Notes under the pieces: generated by a model | The model's database searches: none | What the model was told of the DNA's origin: nothing | The model's input: only the letters and a program-made list of their open reading frames with translations | Shown: piece after piece, positions 49,946 to 60,270 of the stretch | Position numbering within the stretch: position 1 is the stretch's first letter | Layout of the letters: each line of letters starts with the position of its first letter | Made by a program: the position numbers and the translations under genes | NCBI GenBank assembly: GCA_040768745.1 | Contig: JAXGMI010000001.1 | Span: 1,792,001 to 1,856,000, forward strand | Length of the DNA stretch: 64,000 nucleotides | Direction: 5' to 3' | Source: Desulfomicrobium sp. | GTDB lineage: Bacteria > Desulfobacterota > Desulfovibrionia > Desulfovibrionales > Desulfomicrobiaceae

Positions 49946-52515
49946 CCACCTCGGAACTTCCCGTGCACGGCGGCAACGTCCGGGCCATGGCCCAGAACCT
50001 GGGCTGCGCGCCGGAGGAGATTCTGGACTTTTCGTCCAGTCTGAACCCCCTGGGTCCGCCGCAGTGGCTGCGGCCTGTGGTGGCCCGCGCCCTGGCCGGG
50101 ACAGCCCGGTACCCGGAGCCGAGGTCCGAGGGGTTGCGGCGCAGGGCCGCGGCGCGTCTGGGCCTTGCCCCAGAAAACGTGGTGGCCGGGAACGGGTCGT
50201 CAGAACTCCTCTACGCCCTGCCCCGGGTCTGCCGGGAAATGGGACTTGGCCGGGCCGTACTGCCCGGGCCCTGCTACGGAGACTATGCCCGGGCCTGCGC
50301 GGCGGCCGGGCTCAAGGTGGAAACCCTGACCCTGGGCCCCGAGGACAACTTCGCCCTGGACTGGGCCGCTCTTGCCGCCCGGCTGGAAAAGCCCGCCCTG
50401 GTCATGCTGGGTCAGCCGGGCAATCCGGCCGGGGTGCTGTTGGATCCGGAACGCGTCCTGGAGATGGCGGAAAGCCGTCGGTCCAGTTTTTTCCTGGTGG
50501 ACGAAGCCTTTGCCGATTTCGTGCCTGGCCTTTTCCGCCTGGCCACGGTCATGCGGCCCAACCTCTTCGTCCTTCATTCCCTGACCAAGTTCTACGCCGT
50601 GCCGGGCCTGCGCCTTGGCCTGGGATACGGCAGCGCGGGCATCTGCGCGGCCCTGTCCGCCCTGTTGCCGGACTGGAGCGTCAATGCCCTGGCCCAGGCC
50701 GTGGGGGAGAAGGCGCTGGAGGACGAAGAGTATGCCCGGAGGACCGTGGCCGCGGTGGCGGAGCTGCGCGACCGGTTGCATGACGATCTGGCCGGACTCG
50801 GGCTGACCGTGTTCCCTGGCCAGGCCAACTACCTGCTCTGCCAGTGCAGAAGCATGGACGCCTTTGCCCTGCAGGAGCGGCTGCTGTCCAGCCGCATCCT
50901 GATCCGTAACTGCGCCAACTACACGGGGCTCGACGCCCGTTATTTCAGGGTGGCCGTGCGTTCGGCCGGGGAGAACGAACGCCTGGTGGCCGCCCTGAGC
51001 GGAATTCTGGCCCCAGAGCGTCCCCGTCCTGCGGTGTCCCGGCGAACCCCGGCCATCATGGTGCAGGGACTGTCCTCCAACGCGGGCAAGTCGGTCCTGA
51101 CCGCGGCCCTGTGCCGCATTTTCCTGCAGGACGGCCTGACGGCGGCCCCGTTCAAGGCGCAGAACATGTCCCTCAATTCCTACGTCACCCGGGACGGGGG
51201 GGAAATGGGCCGGGCCCAGGTCCTGCAGGCCCAGGCCTGCCGCCTGGACCCCGACGTGCGCATGAATCCGGTGCTGCTGAAGCCCAATTCCGATACAGGA
51301 TCCCAGGTCATTGTCCTGGGCAAACCTGTAGGGAACATGGGCGTGGCCCGGTACATCCGTTTCAAGCCGGAAATTTTCCAGACCATCACCAGGGCCTACG
51401 ACGAGCTGGCCGCCACGGCCCAGGTCATGGTCCTGGAGGGTGCGGGCAGCCCGGCCGAGGTCAACCTGAAGTCCCACGACGTGGTCAACATGGCCATGGC
51501 CCGCCATGCGGGGGCCAAGGTCCTGCTGGCCGGGGACATCGATCGCGGCGGCGTGTTCGCCTCCTTTGTGGGCACCATGGAGGTCATGGAGGAATGGGAG
51601 CGGGCCCTGGTGGCAGGCTTCATCGTCAATCGCTTCCGGGGCAGGCAGGAGCTCCTGGGGGACGCCATGGACTACGTGCGCCGGTTCACGGGCGTACAGA
51701 CTCTGGGAGTGGTGCCCTTCATTGAAAATCTCGGGCTGCCGGAGGAGGATTCCGTCACCTTCAAGCAGTCACGTCCCAAAATCCGGGACGCGGCCGTGCG
51801 CATCGCGGCCGTGGACCTCCCCCATATTTCCAACTTCACGGACCTGGATGCCCTGGGCATGGAGCCCGACGTGAGCCTGATCATCGCCCGCCGCCCAGAG
51901 GACCTGAAGGGGGCCGATGCCGTCATCCTGCCCGGGTCGCGTAACGTGTTCGCGGATCTGAACCATTTGTGGGCCTCGGGTATGGCCCAGGCCCTCGTGT
52001 CCAGCGCGGCCGAGATGGTCGGAATCTGCGGGGGGATGCAGATGTTGGGGACTGCCATCACGGATCCGGCCCAAGTGGAGAGCGAGGGACGTGTGGGCCG
52101 ACCACTGGGCCTGCTGCCCCTGGCCACGGAAATGGCCGTGGACAAGGTCCTGTGTCAGGTCAGGGGGGTTTTTCTGCCGACCGGCCAGGAGGTGCGGGGG
52201 TATGAAATCCACCACGGCCAGACCCGGGTGCTGGTCGGACCGGTCGAGCCGGTCATGGCCCGCGCCGAAGGGACCGTCATGGGCTGGGGCCGGCCGGATG
52301 GCATGGTCTGGGGCACGTATCTGCACGGCGTGTTCGACGCCGATGAGTTCCGTCGGTTTTTCCTGGACCGCCTGCGGCGACGCAAGGGGATGCAGCCGCT
52401 GGGGGCCGTGCAGGTGGCCTACGATCTGGAAGAGGCCTTGGACCGCCTGGCCGCGGTGGTTCGGCAGGGCCTGGACATGGAACGCATATACGGGCTCCTG
52501 GCCAACCAGGGCTGA
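49942..52515 (+). CDS. cobQ: Fused threonine-phosphate decarboxylase (CobD) and cobyric acid synthase (CobQ/CbiP)
   Basis: [28 protein letters not shown], then [38 protein letters not shown]. Confidence 0.92.
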   Translation: MTTSELPVHGGNVRAMAQNLGCAPEEILDFSSSLNPLGPPQWLRPVVARALAGTARYPEPRSEGLRRRAAARLGLAPENVVAGNGSSELLYALPRVCREMGLGRAVLPGPCYGDYARACAAAGLKVETLTLGPEDNFALDWAALAARLEKPALVMLGQPGNPAGVLLDPERVLEMAESRRSSFFLVDEAFADFVPGLFRLATVMRPNLFVLHSLTKFYAVPGLRLGLGYGSAGICAALSALLPDWSVNALAQAVGEKALEDEEYARRTVAAVAELRDRLHDDLAGLGLTVFPGQANYLLCQCRSMDAFALQERLLSSRILIRNCANYTGLDARYFRVAVRSAGENERLVAALSGILAPERPRPAVSRRTPAIMVQGLSSNAGKSVLTAALCRIFLQDGLTAAPFKAQNMSLNSYVTRDGGEMGRAQVLQAQACRLDPDVRMNPVLLKPNSDTGSQVIVLGKPVGNMGVARYIRFKPEIFQTITRAYDELAATAQVMVLEGAGSPAEVNLKSHDVVNMAMARHAGAKVLLAGDIDRGGVFASFVGTMEVMEEWERALVAGFIVNRFRGRQELLGDAMDYVRRFTGVQTLGVVPFIENLGLPEEDSVTFKQSRPKIRDAAVRIAAVDLPHISNFTDLDALGMEPDVSLIIARRPEDLKGADAVILPGSRNVFADLNHLWASGMAQALVSSAAEMVGICGGMQMLGTAITDPAQVESEGRVGRPLGLLPLATEMAVDKVLCQVRGVFLPTGQEVRGYEIHHGQTRVLVGPVEPVMARAEGTVMGWGRPDGMVWGTYLHGVFDADEFRRFFLDRLRRRKGMQPLGAVQVAYDLEEALDRLAAVVRQGLDMERIYGLLANQG

Positions 52516-52532
52516 ACCTCTAGGGCGGGCGC

Positions 52533-53216
52533 CTAGCGTGGCGCGAGGTAGTCCAGTACATCCTCCATCAGGGTGTTGATGCGTTGAAAATCCTGGGCCG
52601 TGGCAGACTGGATTTCCTCCCTGCCCTGGACAAAGGGCGCCGGAATCAGTTCCCGGCCACAATGGGCGATCATGGCCTCTATGGATGCGGGCGTGGCCTC
52701 CAGGTGGAACTGCAGGCCCAGGACGTTGCGTCGGTATGCAAACGCCTGGTTGAAGCATGCGGCGCTGCGGGCCAGATGCTGCGCCCCTGGGGGAAGGTCG
52801 AAGGTCTCCCCGTGCCAGTGGAAGACCTTTATCCGTTCCGGAAAGCAGAACGCATCCGCTGCGGGCTGGCCCTCCACATCAAACCAGCCGATTTCCTTTT
52901 CCCTGCCTTGGCAGACCCTTGCCTCCAGGGCGCTGGCGATGAGCTGGGCGCCCAGACAGACACCCAGGACCGGAACCTGGCGCTCCATGGCCGCCCGCAG
53001 GAACCGCTTCTCTTCCGCCAGCCAGGGAAATTCCGCCTCGTCATGCACGCTCATGGGTCCGCCCATGGCGATGACGAGGTCAAATTCAGGATTGGCGGGC
53101 AGAGCCGGAGACGTAAAGAAGCGGGTGTGCGTGACTGTCGCCGCGCGTCTCTTCAGCCATCCTTCCATACTGCCGATGCCCTCGAAAGCGACATGCTGCA
53201 GAACGTGGACCTTCAT
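52533..53216 (-). CDS. Type 1 glutamine amidotransferase-like protein
   Basis: MGGPMS, LGVCLGAQL, WHGETF, LQFHLE. Confidence 0.9.
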   Translation of the reverse strand: MKVHVLQHVAFEGIGSMEGWLKRRAATVTHTRFFTSPALPANPEFDLVIAMGGPMSVHDEAEFPWLAEEKRFLRAAMERQVPVLGVCLGAQLIASALEARVCQGREKEIGWFDVEGQPAADAFCFPERIKVFHWHGETFDLPPGAQHLARSAACFNQAFAYRRNVLGLQFHLEATPASIEAMIAHCGRELIPAPFVQGREEIQSATAQDFQRINTLMEDVLDYLAPR

Positions 53217-53338
53217 TGCTGACCTCCCATGCGGTACACCCTTGCCATAGTTTTCATGTTCCTGCGCAGGCAGGAAAATCACGAGGGGTTCCAGTCTTCA
53301 GACCGAAACCCCTCGCGCGGAAGCTTTCGCAGGAACCG

Positions 53339-54901
53339 TCAGCTGGTGGCCGGGGCCGGGATCAGGCGTTTGTTGCCTTCCCAGATCTTCTCGGCCTTGG
53401 GCGTGACCTTCAGGTACTGGAACCACTGGTGGGTGGCCATGTGCGCCGGATCCATCTGCAATTCGCGGCTGTGCTTCATGATGGGCGGCACCAGTTCCTT
53501 GATGTCCTTGGACAGGGCCTCGGCCGTGGTGAAGGCTGCGGCCTGGATGGCGATGTCCACGGCCTTCTGGCTGTACTGCTGGGACTTGGCCAGGGTGTCC
53601 AGGGCCTTGGTCGGGTTGTGGAATCCGACGCTGTTCTCGGCCGAGATGAGATCCCAGAAGAACTGCCCTTTGCGGCACATTTCCCGGGCATTGATCATGA
53701 GCTGATCGTAATTGGCCGGCTTATCACCCTGGAATTCGTTGGCCATGCGGATGGCCTCGTGGGCCTTGACCGAGATGTCCTGGGCGGCCATGAGCTGCTC
53801 CCAGACCTTGTGCTGGGTGTAGACCACGCGCTGCTTGAGGTAGTCAGGGGTCTTGTCCGTATGGCACTGGCGGCAGGCCTTCATGTCCGGATCCTTCAGT
53901 GGAGACGTCCAATGGTGGTTGGACATCTTCTTTTTGCCGTCCAGACGGGTGTAGCTCATGTGGCAGTCGGCGCAGGATACGCCGGCCGCCCCGTGCACGC
54001 CGTTGTGCCAGGTCTCGTACTCGGGGTGCTGGGCCTTGAGCATGGGTGTCTTGGACACCGGATGGATCCAGTCCACGAAATTGCCCTCGAATCCCGTGCC
54101 GTTGTAGTCGCCGTGATTCTTGTAATAGGTGTACATCTGTTCGGGATCCTTGCCTTGGGCCCAGGGGAATACCGGTTTTTTGGCCGGTCCAAAGCTTTTG
54201 TCCTGAAAATAGTATTCCACATGACACTGGCCGCAGACCAGGGCGCGCTGCTCGTTGCGGGGCAGGGTTTTGAAGTCCTTGCCTTCGGCCTTCAGGTGAT
54301 CCTGCAGGGGCACGGAATAGAGGCGCAGCTCCATGTTGGACGGGTCGTGACAGTTGGCGCAGCCGATGGTGTTCTCGTCCATGTCGACCTGTTCACGGAA
54401 CTGGTTGAAATCCTTGGCCCAGAAGTCGTCTCCATGTTCCTTGGTCCATTCGAGCATTTTCGCGCCCTTGCAGTTCCAGCAGGTCGAGGGCAGGCCCGCC
54501 TTTTCGTCATAGCGGTTCAGACGGTCGATGTGCAGGATATCCTTCAGGGCATAGGTATGTCCGCGAGCGGCCCGGTATTCGTAGCTGAAGGGATATCCGA
54601 GCCAGAGGTTCTTCAGGTACGGCTGGGCGTGCTTGTACCCTTCGGGCAGGGGGTTGACGTTGTCGTGCTTGTTGTAGGCCACGGATCCGCCGTATTCGGT
54701 CATGATCTCGGATTCGTTGTTGCGCAGGAATGTCTCGTAATGGAGCGGAAACTCGGACTTGAAGGCCGAATTTTTGATTTCTTCCTGCTTGAGCTTTGTT
54801 TTGAATTCAGGTGTCTTGGGATCGGATGTGTCGATGCAGGCCGTCAAGGCCAGGGCGCAGCCCACGGCCAGCAGGGTGAAAAGGGTTTTGGTGCTACGCA
54901 T
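53339..54901 (-). CDS. nrfA: Cytochrome c nitrite reductase catalytic subunit
   Basis: CWNCK lysine-ligated heme 1 plus four CxxCH; KAQHPEYE; lipoprotein-like signal. Confidence 0.96.
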   Translation of the reverse strand: MRSTKTLFTLLAVGCALALTACIDTSDPKTPEFKTKLKQEEIKNSAFKSEFPLHYETFLRNNESEIMTEYGGSVAYNKHDNVNPLPEGYKHAQPYLKNLWLGYPFSYEYRAARGHTYALKDILHIDRLNRYDEKAGLPSTCWNCKGAKMLEWTKEHGDDFWAKDFNQFREQVDMDENTIGCANCHDPSNMELRLYSVPLQDHLKAEGKDFKTLPRNEQRALVCGQCHVEYYFQDKSFGPAKKPVFPWAQGKDPEQMYTYYKNHGDYNGTGFEGNFVDWIHPVSKTPMLKAQHPEYETWHNGVHGAAGVSCADCHMSYTRLDGKKKMSNHHWTSPLKDPDMKACRQCHTDKTPDYLKQRVVYTQHKVWEQLMAAQDISVKAHEAIRMANEFQGDKPANYDQLMINAREMCRKGQFFWDLISAENSVGFHNPTKALDTLAKSQQYSQKAVDIAIQAAAFTTAEALSKDIKELVPPIMKHSRELQMDPAHMATHQWFQYLKVTPKAEKIWEGNKRLIPAPATS

Positions 54902-55370
54902 CGGCGGCGCTCCTTTTGGCTACGGGGATTTTGGGAGTGTGGGGCACGTGACGGTGGCAATCCGTGCAGAACTTCTTGCTCTGCATGACCACGGTGCTGG
55001 TGGTTGCTTCGTGGCAGCGTTGGCAATTGGCCTGGGTCACGTCCTTGGTGTGTTCGCCCGGATGAATCAGATCCGGGATCTTGCTGGTGACCGTGGCCAG
55101 AGCGTCACGGGTGCCCTCTTTGGCCTTGAAGGGGATCTTGGCCACGATGTTGTGCGGGGCATGGCACTCGTTGCAGGCCAGTTCGGCGTGCACAGACCGC
55201 TTGTGGGTCAGGGCCGCCTCGGCCATGGAATGGCAGTTGCCGCAGAACATGGCCTGGTCCGTGGTGTTCATGGCGATGGCAGCCCCCACCGTGAGCACAA
55301 CGCCGATGATGGCCGGAGGCAAGGCGTAACGCCAGCTGCGGCCCCCAGAGTCATCTTTCTTACGATTCAT
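54894..55370 (-). CDS. nrfH: Tetraheme quinol dehydrogenase NrfH
   Basis: N-terminal TM and four CxxCH; overlaps nrfA start. Confidence 0.94.
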   Translation of the reverse strand: MNRKKDDSGGRSWRYALPPAIIGVVLTVGAAIAMNTTDQAMFCGNCHSMAEAALTHKRSVHAELACNECHAPHNIVAKIPFKAKEGTRDALATVTSKIPDLIHPGEHTKDVTQANCQRCHEATTSTVVMQSKKFCTDCHRHVPHTPKIPVAKRSAADA

Positions 55371-55620
55371 CCTTCCCTCCTGCGTAGATAATTCCGTGGC
55401 AACCGCGCATCGTCCCTCGGCCGAGTTCTGCCAGAACAGATCGCGTTGCGGGCGCCACCTTGTGCACGCCGATTCTGAACCGATGAGGCCGCTTCAAGCC
55501 CCGCCACAGAAAATCAGCCACGCTCGTGCGGGCGGATTTCCGTGTGCACGGGTTTCAATTGATTTGATCAACTAGCAGGTATTCAAGTCCAATGAAAGTC
55601 ACATTGTTTGCCAAGATAAC

Positions 55621-55665
55621 TTGACAGGTCTTTATATCGAAATAAAGTGAGTCATCAATCACTTT
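55621..55665 (+). promoter_or_regulatory. Sigma70-type promoter overlapped by probable TetR operator
   Basis: TTGACA-N16-TAAAGT; inverted repeat AAAGTGA-N8-TCACTTT at 55644-55665. Confidence 0.6.
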
Positions 55666-55681
55666 TTTGTGAGGCCCTGGA

Positions 55682-56290
55682 ATGCCTAGCCTTCCCAAAT
55701 ACTGCACTGCCGATCAGAGGCGGGTCATGACAGTCGAGTCCGTTCTCGCCTTGGCTGCCACGCAGAATCCGTCTGGGATCACCACCGCAGCCATCGCCGC
55801 GCACATGGGGGTGTCCCAGGGGGCGGTTTTCCGCCATTTCCCGACAAAAGACGCCATCTGGCAGGCGGCCATGGAGTGGGTGGCCACGGAATTGTATTCC
55901 CGTGTTGCACGTGTGGCGGAAAGCGCCGCCAGCCCGCTTTCCTCCCTTGAGGCGATGTTCATGGCCCACGTCGCCTTCGCTGTTGATTACCCCGGAGTTC
56001 CCCGCATGTTGTTTGGAGAACTCCAGAAAACAGAATCAACCCCGGCAAAAATCGCCGTTGCCTCGTTGCTTGAGCGATATGGAAAACTCCTGACATCGAA
56101 GTTGGAGCAGGGGAAATCCTCCGGAGAGGTGGATCCGAATATTCCCACTCCTGCCGCGGCCTCCCTTTTTGTCGGGGCTGTTCAGGGGCTCATCATCAAG
56201 GCGTTGTTGTTTGATGATGCGGAATATCTTCGCCAGGGCGCCTCAAAGACGTTTGCCGTGTTTCGTCGCGCCATAAGGAGCATTCCGTGA
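55682..56290 (+). CDS. TetR/AcrR-family regulator
   Basis: ITTAAIAAHMGVSQGAVFRHFPTKDAI HTH. Confidence 0.92.
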   Translation: MPSLPKYCTADQRRVMTVESVLALAATQNPSGITTAAIAAHMGVSQGAVFRHFPTKDAIWQAAMEWVATELYSRVARVAESAASPLSSLEAMFMAHVAFAVDYPGVPRMLFGELQKTESTPAKIAVASLLERYGKLLTSKLEQGKSSGEVDPNIPTPAAASLFVGAVQGLIIKALLFDDAEYLRQGASKTFAVFRRAIRSIP

Positions 56291-56439
56291 TGGGCCTCAT
56301 GTCCCGCAGGAAATTTCTGATGCTGGCGGTCTTGAGCGTGCTGGCCGTGGCCTTTTTGTATGTTGCGCTCAGATCAGGCCCGTTGGCTTCCGTTCCGGTC
56401 ACCGTGTTTGTGGACCGAATTCCGGGGGTGCAGAAATGA
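56290..56439 (+). pseudogene. Internally deleted efflux membrane-fusion (adaptor) gene
   Basis: 49-aa ORF: TM anchor plus ALRSGPLASVPVTV joined directly to a C-terminus-like VDRIPGVQK*. Confidence 0.6.
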
Positions 56440-56630
56440 TCAGCCTGGCCGGTCGCGATATCCTGCATTCCTGGGGCAAGTTCGTGTTCACCGGCATGGG
56501 CCTTGGCCCCCTGATCGGTGTGGCCAAGGCCGCCAACGTGACTTACTTGACCATGTAGGTCCGCCACGCCGGAGGAGACGTGCGGGCCATGGTGGTCGGC
56601 GTGGTTCCCGGCGGTCCGGGCGATCCCGGG
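56436..56630 (+). pseudogene. Deleted and nonsense-mutated MacB/FtsX-type ABC permease
   Basis: MISLAGRDILHSWGKFVFTGMGLG.LIGV|AKAANVTYLTM*VR..DVRAMVVGV; in-frame TAG at 56556-56558. Confidence 0.65.
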
Positions 56631-56658
56631 CCGTTGTTTGAATAGAGAAGGAGAGAGC

Positions 56659-57249
56659 ATGAAAGACCAATGCGGACTGATGGACCTGACCGAGGACGAC
56701 GTCCTCGACGCCATGCGCTCCATGCAGGGCTTCGTGGACATAACGCCGGGGACGTTTCGGGAGATTTACGCGCTGGCCTATGATCTGGCCCTGAAGCGCG
56801 TGCGCTCCCAGGGCAAGGCCGAGGACATCATGACCGCGCCCGTGCACTGCCTGCGGAAGGGCATGAGCGCCTCGGAAGCCGCCGCGCTCATGGCCGGGCT
56901 CGGCATCAGCGGCGCGCCCGTGCTCGACGGGGAGGGCCGGATCTGCGGGGTGGTTTCGGAAAAGGATTATCTGCGCAAAATGGGCCTGCCCGGCACGGCG
57001 TCATTCATGACCGTGGTCTCCACCTGCCTGAGCACCCCGGGGTGCATGGTCGCGGACCTGCGAGGGCTGCTGGTGGGCGACATCATGAGCTCCCCGCCCG
57101 TGGTTGCTTCCCGCGAGACGCCGGTGGCCGAGCTTTCGGAGATGCTGGCCAGGCATTGCATCAACCGCCTGCCCATCTGCGACGACGAGGGCTGCCCGGT
57201 GGGCATCGTGACCAGGACAGATCTCGTTGGCTCCATGCGCGGGAGGTAG
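56659..57249 (+). CDS. CBS-domain-pair protein
   Basis: DIMTAPV..SGAPVLD..GVVSEKD; DIMSSPP..NRLPI..GIVTRTD. Confidence 0.9.
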   Translation: MKDQCGLMDLTEDDVLDAMRSMQGFVDITPGTFREIYALAYDLALKRVRSQGKAEDIMTAPVHCLRKGMSASEAAALMAGLGISGAPVLDGEGRICGVVSEKDYLRKMGLPGTASFMTVVSTCLSTPGCMVADLRGLLVGDIMSSPPVVASRETPVAELSEMLARHCINRLPICDDEGCPVGIVTRTDLVGSMRGR

Positions 57250-57252
57250 GCT

Positions 57253-57789
57253 GTGGACTATTTCAAGAAAATGCGCGGCACAACCCAGAGTCCGCCCCGG
57301 GTCCGGGTTGTCGAGATTGTCTGGTCCTGGATAGGTGCCTTTCTGGGCATTGCCCTGGTGGGCCTCATGGGGTCCGCCTTTGTCGACCGGCTGGGCCAGG
57401 GCCTCCTGATCGGTTCCTTCGGCGCCACGGCTGTCCTCGTCTACGGGGCTGTGCGCAGCCCCCTGGCCCAGCCGCGAAATGTGCTCGGAGGTCATGTTCT
57501 TTCCGCCTTGATCGGCGTATGCACGCAGCAGGTCCTGGGGCACGTGCCGTGGCTGGCCGCAGCGGTCGCGGTCTCCACTGCCATTGCGGCCATGCACGCG
57601 AGCAGGACACTGCATCCTCCGGGAGGAGCCACGGCCCTCATCGCCGTCATTGGCGGGGAGTCTGTGCACAGGCTGGGCTTTTTCTACGCCCTGGCTCCGG
57701 TGGGACTGGGAGCGTCCATGCTCCTCGCCGTCGCCGTACTGGTCAACAACCTGCCGAAAAGCAGGCGGTATCCGGAATTCTGGTTTTGA
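57253..57789 (+). CDS. HPP-family membrane protein
   Basis: GSFGATAVL, SPLAQPRNVLGGH, LHPPGGATAL. Confidence 0.92.
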   Translation: MDYFKKMRGTTQSPPRVRVVEIVWSWIGAFLGIALVGLMGSAFVDRLGQGLLIGSFGATAVLVYGAVRSPLAQPRNVLGGHVLSALIGVCTQQVLGHVPWLAAAVAVSTAIAAMHASRTLHPPGGATALIAVIGGESVHRLGFFYALAPVGLGASMLLAVAVLVNNLPKSRRYPEFWF

Positions 57790-57879
57790 TCGCCATTGGT
57801 GAAACATCATTTGCACCCTGGTCAGCCGCGTCTGATCACTAACCGGCCACGGTCTGTCATGGCCACAAAAGGAGGCTCT

Positions 57880-59541
57880 ATGTTCTGTTTTCAGTGTCAG
57901 GAAACGGCCAAAAATACTGGCTGCACGGTCAAGGGCATGTGCGGCAAGCCGGAAGAGACCGCCAACCTGCAGGATTTGCTGATCTTCGTTCTGCGCGGCA
58001 TCGCCGTGTACGGCGAACGCCTGAAGGAACTGGGGAGTCCGGACCGCTCCAACGACGACTTCGTGCTGCAGGGCCTGTTCGCCACCATCACCAACGCCAA
58101 CTGGGACGACGCCCGCTTCACGGCCATGATCCAGGACGGCCTGGCCCGCCGGGACAGGCTCAGAAGCGCCTTTCTGGCCGCCTACAAGGCCAAGCACGGC
58201 AAGGACTTCAGCGAGCCCCTGCCTGACGCAGCGACCTGGAGCGGATCGTCGGCGACCTTCGCCGACAAGGCCAAGGCCGTCGGTATCCTGGCCACGGAGA
58301 ACGAGGACGTGCGCTCCCTGCGCGAGTTCCTCATCATCGGCCTGAAGGGCATCGCGGCCTACGCCGAGCACGCCGCGGTGCTGGGCTTCCGCAAGCCCGA
58401 GATCGACGACTTCATGCTGGAGGCCCTGGCTTCGACGACCAAGAATCTGTCCGTGGACGAGATGGTCGGCCTGGTCATGAAGGCCGGACAGGTCGCGGTG
58501 ACGACCATGGCCCTGCTGGACGAGGCCAACACGAAGACCTATGGCCATCCCGAGATGACCCAGGTCAACATCGGCGCGGGCACGAACCCCGGCATCCTCA
58601 TCAGCGGCCATGACCTCAAGGACATGGAAGAGCTCCTGAAGCAGACCGAGGGCACGGGCGTGGACGTCTACACCCACGGCGAGATGCTTCCGGCCAACTA
58701 CTATCCGGCCTTCAAGAAGTACAAACACTTCATCGGCAACTACGGCGGTTCCTGGTGGCACCAGAACCCCGAGTTCGAGGCGTTCAACGGCCCCATCCTG
58801 TTGACCACCAACTGTCTGGTGCCGCTCAAAAAAGAGAACACCTATCTGGACCGCCTCTACACCACGGGCGTGGTGGGCTACGAGGGCGCCAAGCACATCC
58901 CGGAACGTCCTGCGGGCGGGGCCAAGGACTTCTCGGCCATGATCGCCCAGGCCAAGAAATGCGCGCCGCCCACGGAACTGGAAAAGGGGACCATCGTCGG
59001 CGGCTTCGCCCACCATCAGGTCATGGCCCTGGCCGACAAGGTGGTGGAGGCAGTCAAGTCCGGCGCCATCAAGCGCTTCGTGGTCATGGCCGGCTGTGAC
59101 GGGCGGCAGAAGGCCAGGAGCTACTACACCGAGGTGGCCGAGGCCCTGCCCAAGGACACGGTCATCCTCACGGCCGGGTGCGCCAAGTACCGCTACAACA
59201 AGCTGAACCTCGGCGACATCGGCGGCATCCCGCGGGTGCTGGACGCCGGGCAGTGCAACGACTCCTACTCCCTGGCCGTCATCGCCCTGAAGCTCAAAGA
59301 GGTCTTCGGTCTCGACGACATCAACAAGCTGCCCGTGTCCTACGACATCGCCTGGTACGAGCAGAAGGCCGTGGCAGTGCTCCTGGCCCTCCTGTTTCTC
59401 GGCGTGAAGGGCATTCGCCTCGGCCCCACCCTGCCGGGTTTCCTGTCCCCGGCCGTGGCCAAGGTCGTGGTCGAGAAGTTCGACCTGAAGCCCATCGGCA
59501 CGGTGCAGGACGACATCGCGGCCATGATGGCCGGCAAGTAG
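57880..59541 (+). CDS. hcp: Hybrid cluster protein (hydroxylamine/NO reductase)
   Basis: [49 protein letters not shown]. Confidence 0.97.
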   Translation: MFCFQCQETAKNTGCTVKGMCGKPEETANLQDLLIFVLRGIAVYGERLKELGSPDRSNDDFVLQGLFATITNANWDDARFTAMIQDGLARRDRLRSAFLAAYKAKHGKDFSEPLPDAATWSGSSATFADKAKAVGILATENEDVRSLREFLIIGLKGIAAYAEHAAVLGFRKPEIDDFMLEALASTTKNLSVDEMVGLVMKAGQVAVTTMALLDEANTKTYGHPEMTQVNIGAGTNPGILISGHDLKDMEELLKQTEGTGVDVYTHGEMLPANYYPAFKKYKHFIGNYGGSWWHQNPEFEAFNGPILLTTNCLVPLKKENTYLDRLYTTGVVGYEGAKHIPERPAGGAKDFSAMIAQAKKCAPPTELEKGTIVGGFAHHQVMALADKVVEAVKSGAIKRFVVMAGCDGRQKARSYYTEVAEALPKDTVILTAGCAKYRYNKLNLGDIGGIPRVLDAGQCNDSYSLAVIALKLKEVFGLDDINKLPVSYDIAWYEQKAVAVLLALLFLGVKGIRLGPTLPGFLSPAVAKVVVEKFDLKPIGTVQDDIAAMMAGK

Positions 59542-59675
59542 ATAAAGGGGGGCTTCTTTCCTTCTGGCCTGCATGTCACATGTCCATGTCTGCCGGGCCG
59601 GTTCGTGAATGAGGATAATCGGGAAAGGAACGGAGGGCCGGAGACGACCGGTCCTCCGAAGTTTCCGGGAGTGGC

Positions 59676-60029
59676 ATGAGGATCATGACCAAAAGAGTGT
59701 ACGACCCGATCGGGGAAGATGGCGTACGTATATTGGTGGACAGGCTCTGGCCGAGAGGGCTGAGCAGGGAAGGGCTGCGGGGTCTGTGGTTGAAGGATGC
59801 GGCGCCCAGTTCCGACTTGCGTACATGGTTCAGACACGAACCTGACAAATGGCCCGAATTCAGGAGGCGGTATTTCTCCGAACTGGACGCCCGGCCGCTG
59901 GTTGTGCAGCGCATTGCGGCATTGGCCAAGGAGGGACCGGTCACTCTTCTGTATGCCAGTCGTGATCGGGAGCGGAACCAGGCCGTGGCGCTGCGTGACT
60001 ACCTTGAAGGGTTGTGCAATGGAACATGA
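59676..60029 (+). CDS. DUF488/YeaO-family protein
   Basis: KRVYD, RILVDRLWPRG, APSSDLRTWF. Confidence 0.9.
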   Translation: MRIMTKRVYDPIGEDGVRILVDRLWPRGLSREGLRGLWLKDAAPSSDLRTWFRHEPDKWPEFRRRYFSELDARPLVVQRIAALAKEGPVTLLYASRDRERNQAVALRDYLEGLCNGT

Positions 60030-60270
60030 GCAATGGAGTGCCCGGCACGGTGCTGTACCCGTGAAAGAAGATCTGCCATGCGCGACACCTCGATCCTGCT
60101 CGATACGGAATTTTCGGAAAGTCTGAAGAGCCGGAAAAAAAAGGCATCAGCTCAGCATACACGTCCCTTTGTGTCCTGGAACAGGGAGACGCACGGGGAG
60201 AGGACCGGATTGAACGGGACGAACGTCACGTCTTGACAATGCCTGTGCCTCCGTGCTCCCCACAACGGTC

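Noticed and set aside
55559..55571. TTGAT-TTG-ATCAA as an FNR/Crp-family box upstream of nrfH
   Set aside because: Spacer is 3 nt rather than the canonical 4; cannot be supported without comparative data.
57001..59574. 857-aa minus-strand ORF
   Set aside because: Antisense shadow of hcp/HPP caused by high GC3 codon bias; no recognisable motifs.
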